Source: Solirubrobacterales bacterium
Lineage (GTDB): Bacteria; Actinomycetota; Thermoleophilia; Solirubrobacterales; 70-9
Length of the DNA: 64,000 bases
Direction of reading: 5' to 3'
Assembly (NCBI GenBank): GCA_035940865.1
Contig: DASZEL010000002.1
Span: 75,592 to 139,591 of the forward strand
Shown here: positions 53,257 to 60,029 of the stretch, piece after piece
Layout: each line of letters starts with the position of its first letter
Numbering within the stretch: position 1 is the first letter of the stretch
Program-made: the position numbers and the translations under genes
Notes under the pieces: model-generated
What the model was told of the DNA's origin: nothing
Database searches by the model: none
Seen by the model: only the letters and a program-made list of their open reading frames with translations

Positions 53257-53287
53257 TTAGTTCTTCAAAAATACTCGGAGTAACACT

Positions 53288-54385
53288 ATGCAATTGCACC
53301 CGCGCCTCAAGAGGACTATCGAACAGGTGGAAACTCCCGAGGGTCACCTGATTCTGATGCGTCCGAGTGCAAACGACATCCGCATCGAACAACCGGACGA
53401 TGGGGAACGCAAGCTTCTCGCCGCTTTGGACGGAACAAGGTCACGGGAGGATCTGCACGAGCAGTTTGGGGTGGAGGTGGTTGAAACGGTGATCGAGCAG
53501 ATGCAGGCGTTGGACCTGCTCGAGGACGCAAGCGACGACGTCCGGGTCCCGTTGAGAGAACGGGAGCGGTTTGACCGCCAGTTGCGCTACTTCAGCGATC
53601 TCAGCCACCACGACGGACCAACGCCCTCCGAATGTCAGGCGCGCCTGCGAGCCGCCCGCGTGGCGGTCCTGGGAGTCGGCGGCCTCGGCGGGCGCACTGC
53701 CTGGGAGCTTGCCTGCTGTGGAGTTGGGGAGCTGCTGCTGATCGATGGGGACCGAGTCGAGGAGAGCAACCTCAACCGCCAGATCCAGTACACGGAGGCG
53801 GACATCGGGCGGCTGAAGGTGGAGGCGATGGCCGCGCGGCTCCGTGCCTTCAACACGAACATAGATGTACACACGGTTCCACGACGGATCGAGAGTCAAG
53901 CCGAGCTGAAAGATGTGATCGCCGGTGCAGATCTGGTCGTCGACGCCGCCGACTGGCCGGCTTACGAGATCGAGCACTGGTGTAACGCGGCATGCTTCGA
54001 AGTTGGAGTGCCCTTCATCGCGATGAGTCATTACCCGCCTGTCGCCCGAGCCGGGCCGCTGTACGTGCCCGGGAAGACGGGCTGTTTCGAGTGTCAGACG
54101 ATCGCCTACCGGCGCGAATACCCCCTCTTTGACGTCGCCGTCGAGCAGCGACGGGCCAAGCCTTCACCGGCGGCGACCTTGGGACCGGCCTGTGGTTTAG
54201 TGGGAGGACTGGTTGGTGCCGAAGTCATGCACTTCCTCACCGAACTGCTTCCGCCGGCAATGTTGGGAGTCGGGTACCTCTATGACCTGAGGACAATGGC
54301 GGTCGAACGGTACGAAGTAGTGCCTGAGCCGGGGTGCCGTGTTTGTGCTCACCTACAAGAAGAAATCACTTCTCCGGTTAGCTAG
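53288..54385 (+). CDS. E1-like ThiF/MoeB/MccB-family adenylyltransferase with an N-terminal RRE-like (PqqD-like winged-helix) domain
   Basis: Residues ~15-80 (GHLILMRPSANDIRIEQP..ERKLLAALDGTRSREDLHEQF..VIEQMQALDLLED) have a beta-beta-helix RRE pattern. They are followed by RFDRQLRYF, the G-loop VAVLGVGGLGG, LIDGDRVEESNLNRQ, VVDAADW, and two CxxC pairs (CFEC, CRVC). Confidence 0.75.
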   Translation: MQLHPRLKRTIEQVETPEGHLILMRPSANDIRIEQPDDGERKLLAALDGTRSREDLHEQFGVEVVETVIEQMQALDLLEDASDDVRVPLRERERFDRQLRYFSDLSHHDGPTPSECQARLRAARVAVLGVGGLGGRTAWELACCGVGELLLIDGDRVEESNLNRQIQYTEADIGRLKVEAMAARLRAFNTNIDVHTVPRRIESQAELKDVIAGADLVVDAADWPAYEIEHWCNAACFEVGVPFIAMSHYPPVARAGPLYVPGKTGCFECQTIAYRREYPLFDVAVEQRRAKPSPAATLGPACGLVGGLVGAEVMHFLTELLPPAMLGVGYLYDLRTMAVERYEVVPEPGCRVCAHLQEEITSPVS

Positions 54386-54514
54386 CAACAATCGGCACAT
54401 TATTAGTGCCGCCATCTGCCTTCGTAACTACTGCGGGTTCCACATACGGTCTCGCAACAGTCCCTGATTGCTGCAGGGGCTACCGCAAGTAATTAAGCAG
54501 GAGGGCGGTGGGGC

Positions 54515-54985
54515 ATGGATGCTGTCGAAGCAGAGGACGGTCGCCTCTCGGCCGGCTTGGCGGCGACGCTCGAACCGAGCCTGCACCACGCCCTCGACCA
54601 TCCTTTTCGGCGCGAGGTACTGCGAATCCTCAATCGCGGCCCACATCCGCACAGCATCAGCGAGCTGCAAGCGGAGCTCCCGCCTTTCCAGCGCGGCCAA
54701 CTCAGCTACCACCTGCGGATTCTGCGGGAGGCGGGCCTTGTCGCCGCCGAGAGCAATGGCTCCGATCCCGCTGGGGATCACGCTCGCTATGCATCCGCGC
54801 TCGCCGACGACGGCAGGATCCGGGCCGTCCTTCGAGCGACCGAGCGCTGGGATCGCCAGCGGCGGGAAGCAATGGGATCCGGGCGGGCCACCACGCTGCT
54901 GACGATGTTTCGGACGCCCCGTCCCGTCCGCACGATCCGCCTCCGCGGGAGTGGGAAGAAGGACGGAGGCCGGGCGGACGAATAG
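54515..54985 (+). CDS. ArsR-like winged-helix transcription regulator
   Basis: SD GCAGGAGGG. HPFRREVLRILNRGPHPHSISELQAEL...LSYHLRILREAGLV is an ArsR/SmtB-type HTH. Confidence 0.65.
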   Translation: MDAVEAEDGRLSAGLAATLEPSLHHALDHPFRREVLRILNRGPHPHSISELQAELPPFQRGQLSYHLRILREAGLVAAESNGSDPAGDHARYASALADDGRIRAVLRATERWDRQRREAMGSGRATTLLTMFRTPRPVRTIRLRGSGKKDGGRADE

Positions 54986-55029
54986 GCCTGCTTCTTGGCG
55001 TATAAGTCAAGGCCGGATTTTGGTTCAAG

Positions 55030-55485
55030 GTGTATAACCGGTCGGGCGTGACCCGTCTGGCTGCTGAGATCAAGGAGATCCTCGACGCGGAGGCGCGGGA
55101 CGCGCTGGCGGCGGGATGGGCAGAGGTGCGGGAAGAGGAAGCCGAGATCGGCCTCACGCTCTACCTGGAGCCGATGAAGTTCTCGGCGGCGCCGCTCGAG
55201 GTCTACTTCGACTCCGACCAGCTGCTGGTCTGCTCGCCGGGTCGCAGCGACATGGTCTGCGAGTTCTTCTCCGAGGATCCGGAGGAGATCAAGCGGCAGG
55301 TGCAAGCGCTCGCGGCGGCGGTTGTCAGCGGCAGCTACTCGGAGCGGGTACAGGAAGGCACGACCGAGATCGTCGCCGAGTGGCCTGGTCCCGAGGGCAA
55401 GCAGGAGGCGACGCGGAGCCTGCTGGCGCTGAAGAGGCCGGGCGACGACGGCTGGCGCTCGATCAACTACGAGGCCTATAGCTAG
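55030..55485 (+). CDS. Hypothetical acidic protein (151 aa)
   Basis: GTG start, reasonable codon bias, no family recognised. Confidence 0.4.
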   Translation: MYNRSGVTRLAAEIKEILDAEARDALAAGWAEVREEEAEIGLTLYLEPMKFSAAPLEVYFDSDQLLVCSPGRSDMVCEFFSEDPEEIKRQVQALAAAVVSGSYSERVQEGTTEIVAEWPGPEGKQEATRSLLALKRPGDDGWRSINYEAYS

Positions 55486-55519
55486 AGGACGTCAGCGCCG
55501 CGGCGGGATAGACTCGCCG

Positions 55520-55695
55520 CGTACATATCGGTCGGTGGTCAAGGGAAGTCCGGTGCAAGTCCGGCGTGGTCCCGCCACTGTGACCGGGTGGAGGAGTTCG
55601 CGGGCGCCCTCGGCGCCAGCCACTGGAGGCGACACAGAGCCCCCGGGAAGGCGCGTCCTCCCTGATCCCGGAAGCCAGGAGACCTGTCCCCGGCC
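55520..55695 (+). promoter_or_regulatory. Cobalamin (adenosylcobalamin/B12) riboswitch
   Basis: Conserved core read directly from the sequence: GGTGGTCAAGGGAAGTCCGGTGCAAGTCCGGCGTGGTCCCGCCACTGTGACCGGG ... GCCACTGG ... GGGAAGGCG ... and the B12 box GAAGCCAGGAGACCTGTCC (55671-55689). It lies about 40 nt upstream of the 55730 ATG. The boundaries are approximate. Confidence 0.85.
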
Positions 55696-55729
55696 CAGCC
55701 AATTCAACCCTCGAGGAAAGGGTGGCGTA

Positions 55730-56485
55730 ATGCCAAGAATCACCCCGTTCCGGCTGGCGGCTTTCTGCGCGCTGGCTCTCACTCTGACCCTGGCTCTCGC
55801 CGCAGGCGCTTCGGCCAAGGGCTTCAAGGCCGAGCTGCGCGTGGTCGGCGCCGGCAGCAAGGTCCTGGTCGAAAAGCCGATCGCGACGGCGACCACCACG
55901 GTTAAGACCAGTCCCAAGGCCGAATGCTTCGGCAAGGGTTCCGGCGGCAGTGGCGACCCGGTGACGATCAAGGGCAACACCGCGATGGGCGTGCTCGCCC
56001 GCGCCTCCAAAGCAGTCGCTTCGCTGCGGCCGCTGCTGATCAGCGACAGCTTCGACTTCGGGCTGGCGCTGTGCGGGATCGGGAAGAGCATCGCCAAGGG
56101 CAGCTCGTCCTGGTACCTGAAGGTCAACCATAAGTCGCTGCCGGTCAGCGGCGACGCGGCGGTCATCCACCCGGGCGACGAAGTGCTCTGGACGCTGGCG
56201 AAGACCGAAGCGCCCGCCTACAAGTACCCGACCGAGCTGGTGCTGTCGGCTCCCGCCAACGTCAAGCCCGGGGTGCCGTTCACGGTGCGCGTCTTCTCCT
56301 ACGACGAAAAGGGGAAGGGCACGCCCGCGGCCGACGTCAAGGTGACCGGGGCCACGATCGCCACCGGCCCTGACGGTCGCACCAAGGTGACGCTGAGGAA
56401 GCCGGCGCGGCTGATCGCGCGGGCGGACGCTCAGATCCCCTCGGCCCGCGAGCCGGTCTGCGTGGGGGGCAAGTGCCCGAAGTAA
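55730..56485 (+). CDS. Secreted DUF4430-like protein (putative cobalamin-binding accessory) + Ig-like domain
   Basis: ATG at 55730 follows GAAAGGGTGG. A signal peptide is followed by the DUF4430-like pattern (SSWYLKVNHKSLPVSGDAAVIHPGDEVLW) and then a beta-sandwich region (PFTVRVFSYDEKG). Confidence 0.6.
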   Translation: MPRITPFRLAAFCALALTLTLALAAGASAKGFKAELRVVGAGSKVLVEKPIATATTTVKTSPKAECFGKGSGGSGDPVTIKGNTAMGVLARASKAVASLRPLLISDSFDFGLALCGIGKSIAKGSSSWYLKVNHKSLPVSGDAAVIHPGDEVLWTLAKTEAPAYKYPTELVLSAPANVKPGVPFTVRVFSYDEKGKGTPAADVKVTGATIATGPDGRTKVTLRKPARLIARADAQIPSAREPVCVGGKCPK

Positions 56486-56510
56486 CGGGACGCCGAGCCG
56501 GCTCCGTCAG

Positions 56511-57419
56511 ATGACCGGACGCCGCAGCATGGCGGTCGCGATCGCGCTGCTCCTAGCGGCGCTCGCGGCCGCCGGCTGCGGTCTCGGCCCCGGCGCGGAC
56601 GTCGGCTCGGTGGGGCTGAGGGTGACGCGCGAATTCGGCGCGGTACCGGCGCTGCAGCGCTCGCTCGAGGCGAAGGAATCCGACACCGTGATGCGGGTGC
56701 TGGAAGCGAGCGCCGAGGTCGAGACCCGCTTCGGCGGTGGCTTTGTCCACTCGATCGACGGTGTCGCCGAGGGAGAACGCGGTGGCGACCCCTACGACTG
56801 GTTCTTCTTCGTCGACGGGGTCGAGTCGCCGGTCGGGGCGGCGGAGGTCGATCTGAAAAGTGACGAGCGCATCTGGTGGGACTACCGCGACTGGTCGGCG
56901 GCCAACCACGTCCCCGCGGTCGTCGGTTCGTGGCCGGCGCCTTTCGTGGACGGGGTGGCTGGGAAGCGCTATCCGGTGGTGCTCGAATGCGACGCCGGTG
57001 GCAGCGCCTGCGCGACGGCTCGGCAGGCGTTGGAGAGAGAAGGCGTGAAGCCGTCTTCTGGCTCCCCCAAGGGAGCGATCCGAATGCTCGTCGGTCCCTG
57101 GGATCGTCTGCGGCAGGACCCGACCGCGCAGCTGCTCGAAGCAGGCCCCGGCGAAAGCGGCGTCTATGCGAAGTTCGAAGCCTCCGAGCTTGTGGCCCTC
57201 GACGAGGATGGTGCTCCAGGCAGGCGCTTCGGATCGGACGTGGGCCTGGTTGCGGCCACCAGCCGCTACGGCGGGCCGCCGGTCTGGCTGGTCACCGGCG
57301 AGACGGCTGCGGGGGTGCGCGCCGCCGCCGACGCCCTCGACGAGGAGCACCTGCGCGACCATTACGCGGTGGCGATCGAGAACGGACAGGAGACGGCGCT
57401 GCCGGAACCGGGGCGATGA
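56511..57419 (+). CDS. DUF4430-like lipoprotein (putative cobalamin-binding accessory)
   Basis: Lipobox AAAGC. GGFVHSIDGVAEGERGGDPYDWFFFVDGVESPVGAAEVDLKSDERIWWDY fits the DUF4430 signature. Confidence 0.6.
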   Translation: MTGRRSMAVAIALLLAALAAAGCGLGPGADVGSVGLRVTREFGAVPALQRSLEAKESDTVMRVLEASAEVETRFGGGFVHSIDGVAEGERGGDPYDWFFFVDGVESPVGAAEVDLKSDERIWWDYRDWSAANHVPAVVGSWPAPFVDGVAGKRYPVVLECDAGGSACATARQALEREGVKPSSGSPKGAIRMLVGPWDRLRQDPTAQLLEAGPGESGVYAKFEASELVALDEDGAPGRRFGSDVGLVAATSRYGGPPVWLVTGETAAGVRAAADALDEEHLRDHYAVAIENGQETALPEPGR

Positions 57420-58369
57420 GGTCGCCCTTCGCTTACAAGCCGAGGCGCGGGCCGCTGCAAGACGCTCCGCCCGGGGCCGCGGTCGCCTATCTCGGTGCGA
57501 TCGTCGTCGTCGCCTTCCTCTACTTCAACCCGCTGATCCTGCTGGCCGCCGGCGCGGCAGCGACCCTGGCCGGGATCCTCGCCGGCGCCCGCACCGCCGT
57601 CCGCTCAGCCCTGAAGATGGGGCTCTCGCTGGCGCTGCTGATCGCTGTGGTGAACGCTTTCGTCACCAGCCGCGGCGAGACCGTGGTGGCGCGACTCGGC
57701 CACTGGCCGCTGCTGGGGCGGGTCGACGTCACCCTCGAGGCGATCATCGCCGGCGTCTCCTATGGACTCATCGCCGCCGCAACGATCGTCGCCTTCGCCG
57801 TCTACTCGGCCTGCGTCGACCCCGACCGCGTCCTGCGCGCGCTGCGGCCGATCGCGGGGCGCTCGGCGTTGACGGCGACGCTGGTCTCGCGCCTGGTCCC
57901 GGTCGCCGCCGCCGATGCCGCCCGCCTTCGCGACGCGGCTGCTCTCCGCGGCCCCGGCGCGGCACCTGTCGGCAAGGCTCCTCTGGCCCGCCGCCTGCTC
58001 GCCGGCTCCCTCGACCGCGCCGTCGACGTCGCCGCCACCCTCGAGCTACGCGGCTACAGCCTCGAAGGCCCGCGAGTCCGTACCCGCCGCACCTCGTCCC
58101 GCTACGACCGCCGCTTCTACGCCACCGCCGCCCTCGTCCTCGTCACCGCGATCGCCGGCAAGCTCCTCGGCGCCGATGACTTCCAGGCCTACCCGACCGT
58201 CTCCATCGGCCTCAACTTCGCCACGATCGCCGTGGCCGCGATCGTCACCCTCAGCGGCCTCGTCCCCTTTCGCCGCCCGGTGAGGCGCCGCGCCCCAGAT
58301 GCCGACGGGATGAAAGTACCCCCATATGGAGGGAAATCGTCCCGTCAGCAGGGGGTGGCGGGTGTCTGA
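57416..58369 (+). CDS. ecfT: ECF transporter T component (EcfT/CbiQ family)
   Basis: ATGA-coupled. Five or six TM segments and the paired Arg-Gly coupling helices (AAALRGPG; LELRGY). Confidence 0.75.
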   Translation: MRSPFAYKPRRGPLQDAPPGAAVAYLGAIVVVAFLYFNPLILLAAGAAATLAGILAGARTAVRSALKMGLSLALLIAVVNAFVTSRGETVVARLGHWPLLGRVDVTLEAIIAGVSYGLIAAATIVAFAVYSACVDPDRVLRALRPIAGRSALTATLVSRLVPVAAADAARLRDAAALRGPGAAPVGKAPLARRLLAGSLDRAVDVAATLELRGYSLEGPRVRTRRTSSRYDRRFYATAALVLVTAIAGKLLGADDFQAYPTVSIGLNFATIAVAAIVTLSGLVPFRRPVRRRAPDADGMKVPPYGGKSSRQQGVAGV

Positions 58370-60029
58370 GCTGGCGATCAGGCGGGGGGTGGCGCCGGCG
58401 CTTGCGGTCGAGAGTCTCAGCTACTCCTATCCGCAAGCCGCGGAGCGGGCGCTCGTGGACGTGTCGCTCAAGGTCGCCCCTGGGGAGTTCGTGCTCCTCG
58501 CCGGACGTTCTGCCTCGGGCAAGTCGACCCTGCTCAAAGCCGCCTGCGGGCTGGTGCCGCATTTCCATGGCGGGGAGATCGAGGGGGAGGTCCGCGTTGC
58601 CGAGCTCGACGCGGTTGAGGCAGGGCCAGGCGAGCTCGCCGCTGCTGTCGGCTATCTCGCCCAGGACCCGGAGACGCAGGTCGTCTCGACCACCGTCGCC
58701 GCCGAGATCGAGCTGCCGCTGGAGATGCGCGGCGACCAACCGAGCGACCGCGCCCGCGCGGTCGAGGAGGTGGCGCTGGCGCTGGCGATCCCGCACCTGC
58801 TCGATCGCGCCGTCGACACCCTCTCCGGCGGCGAGCTGCAGCGCGTGGCCCTCGCTGCCGCCCTCGTCACCCGCCCGCGCCTGATCCTCCTTGACGAGCC
58901 GACCTCACAGCTCGACCCGGTTGCCGGCGACGAGCTGATCTGGCTGCTGCGGCGCCTGAACGAGGAGTGGGGAGTGGCGGTGCTGCTGGCCGAACATCGG
59001 CTGGAGCGGTGCCTCGCTGCGGCGGACCGGGTTGTGGCGATGGAGGCGGCGACGGTCGCTTTCGACGGCGCGCCGGCCGATTTCTTGTTGTGGTCCAGTG
59101 AGAGCGACGCCGCGCTCTCGACTCCCGCGGCCAAGCTCTTCTCCCTCGCCGGGTTGACGCCCCTGCCTGTGGGTGTCCGCGACGCGAAACAGATGCTTCG
59201 CGGGATGGGGGTCGCGCACCCTCCTGCTTGCAATGTGGGGAGGGTGCGCGACCTCCATTCCGGCGAGCCTGTGCTGGAGGCGAAGAACCTCTGGGTCGAG
59301 CTGGATCGGGGCGAGGAGCTGCGGGACGTGTTGCGCGGGATCGACCTCGAGGTGCGCCCCGGCGAACGGATCGCGCTGATGGGCCGCAACGGTGCCGGCA
59401 AGTCGACGCTGCTGCGCACGGCTGCGGGATTGCACGAGCCCGTCGCCGGCAAGCTCGAAGTCGGCTCGATCGCGCTCCTCACCCAGAACCCGAGCGACTA
59501 CCTGGTCCGCGAGCGCGTCGGCGACGAGCTGCCGGGCGCCGAGGGCATGGCAGCACTGCGGGTGGTCGGTCTAGAGCACGCTGTCGAGGCCGACCCGCGC
59601 GACCTCTCGGGCGGTGAGCGGCAGCGCCTGGCGCTGGCGATCGCGCTGGCGGGGCGGATGGAGGGCGAGCAGCTCCCAGCGGTCGTTGCCCTCGACGAGC
59701 CGACCCGCGGCATGGACCGTGCTCGCAAGGACGAGTTGGTCGCGTTGATCCGGAGCCTGGCCGGTGATGTCGACTTTGTTACCGATGAGGTAACTAAGTC
59801 GACACGTAGGGCCGCGGTCGTCGTCGCCACTCATGACGTCGAGTTCGCCTCCGCGTTCGCCGAGCGGGTGGTGCTGCTCGGCGAAGGGGTGGTGATCGCC
59901 GACGGGCCGATGGAGGAGATCCTCTCCGGCGGCTGGTACTTCGCTACCGAGGTCGCGCGGGTGCTCGACTTGCCGGGAGTGGTGACGCCGGAGCAGGGGG
60001 CGGCGGTGCTGGAGGACGGGCTCGGATGA
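58362..60029 (+). CDS. ecfA: Fused ECF transporter ATPase (EcfA-EcfA' tandem ABC domains)
   Basis: Two complete ABC cassettes: GRSASGKST/LSGGELQR/ILLDEP and GRNGAGKST/LSGGERQR/VALDEP. I prefer the GTG at 58362 (an 8-nt overlap with ecfT). The track ATG at 58326 is an alternative. Confidence 0.85.
   Translation: MSELAIRRGVAPALAVESLSYSYPQAAERALVDVSLKVAPGEFVLLAGRSASGKSTLLKAACGLVPHFHGGEIEGEVRVAELDAVEAGPGELAAAVGYLAQDPETQVVSTTVAAEIELPLEMRGDQPSDRARAVEEVALALAIPHLLDRAVDTLSGGELQRVALAAALVTRPRLILLDEPTSQLDPVAGDELIWLLRRLNEEWGVAVLLAEHRLERCLAAADRVVAMEAATVAFDGAPADFLLWSSESDAALSTPAAKLFSLAGLTPLPVGVRDAKQMLRGMGVAHPPACNVGRVRDLHSGEPVLEAKNLWVELDRGEELRDVLRGIDLEVRPGERIALMGRNGAGKSTLLRTAAGLHEPVAGKLEVGSIALLTQNPSDYLVRERVGDELPGAEGMAALRVVGLEHAVEADPRDLSGGERQRLALAIALAGRMEGEQLPAVVALDEPTRGMDRARKDELVALIRSLAGDVDFVTDEVTKSTRRAAVVVATHDVEFASAFAERVVLLGEGVVIADGPMEEILSGGWYFATEVARVLDLPGVVTPEQGAAVLEDGLG

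Noticed and set aside
53288-54385. Interpretation as a housekeeping ThiF/MoeB enzyme (thiamine or molybdopterin sulfur-carrier activation)
   Set aside because: There is no thiS/moaD-size carrier, thiG/thiH, moaE or rhodanese domain nearby. The protein has an extra ~100-aa N-terminal peptide-binding-like domain, and the locus is compositionally atypical. A housekeeping role cannot be fully excluded without a genome-wide inventory.
54393-54409. Hairpin GGCAC-ATTATTA-GTGCC after the E1 gene, considered as a terminator
   Set aside because: The stem is only 5 bp with no U-tract, which is too weak to call.
54428-54781. 117-aa minus-strand ORF downstream of the E1 gene (a possible partner protein)
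   Set aside because: It is antisense to the ArsR-like regulator gene, which has a clear HTH motif and a good SD. This ORF has no SD or motifs.
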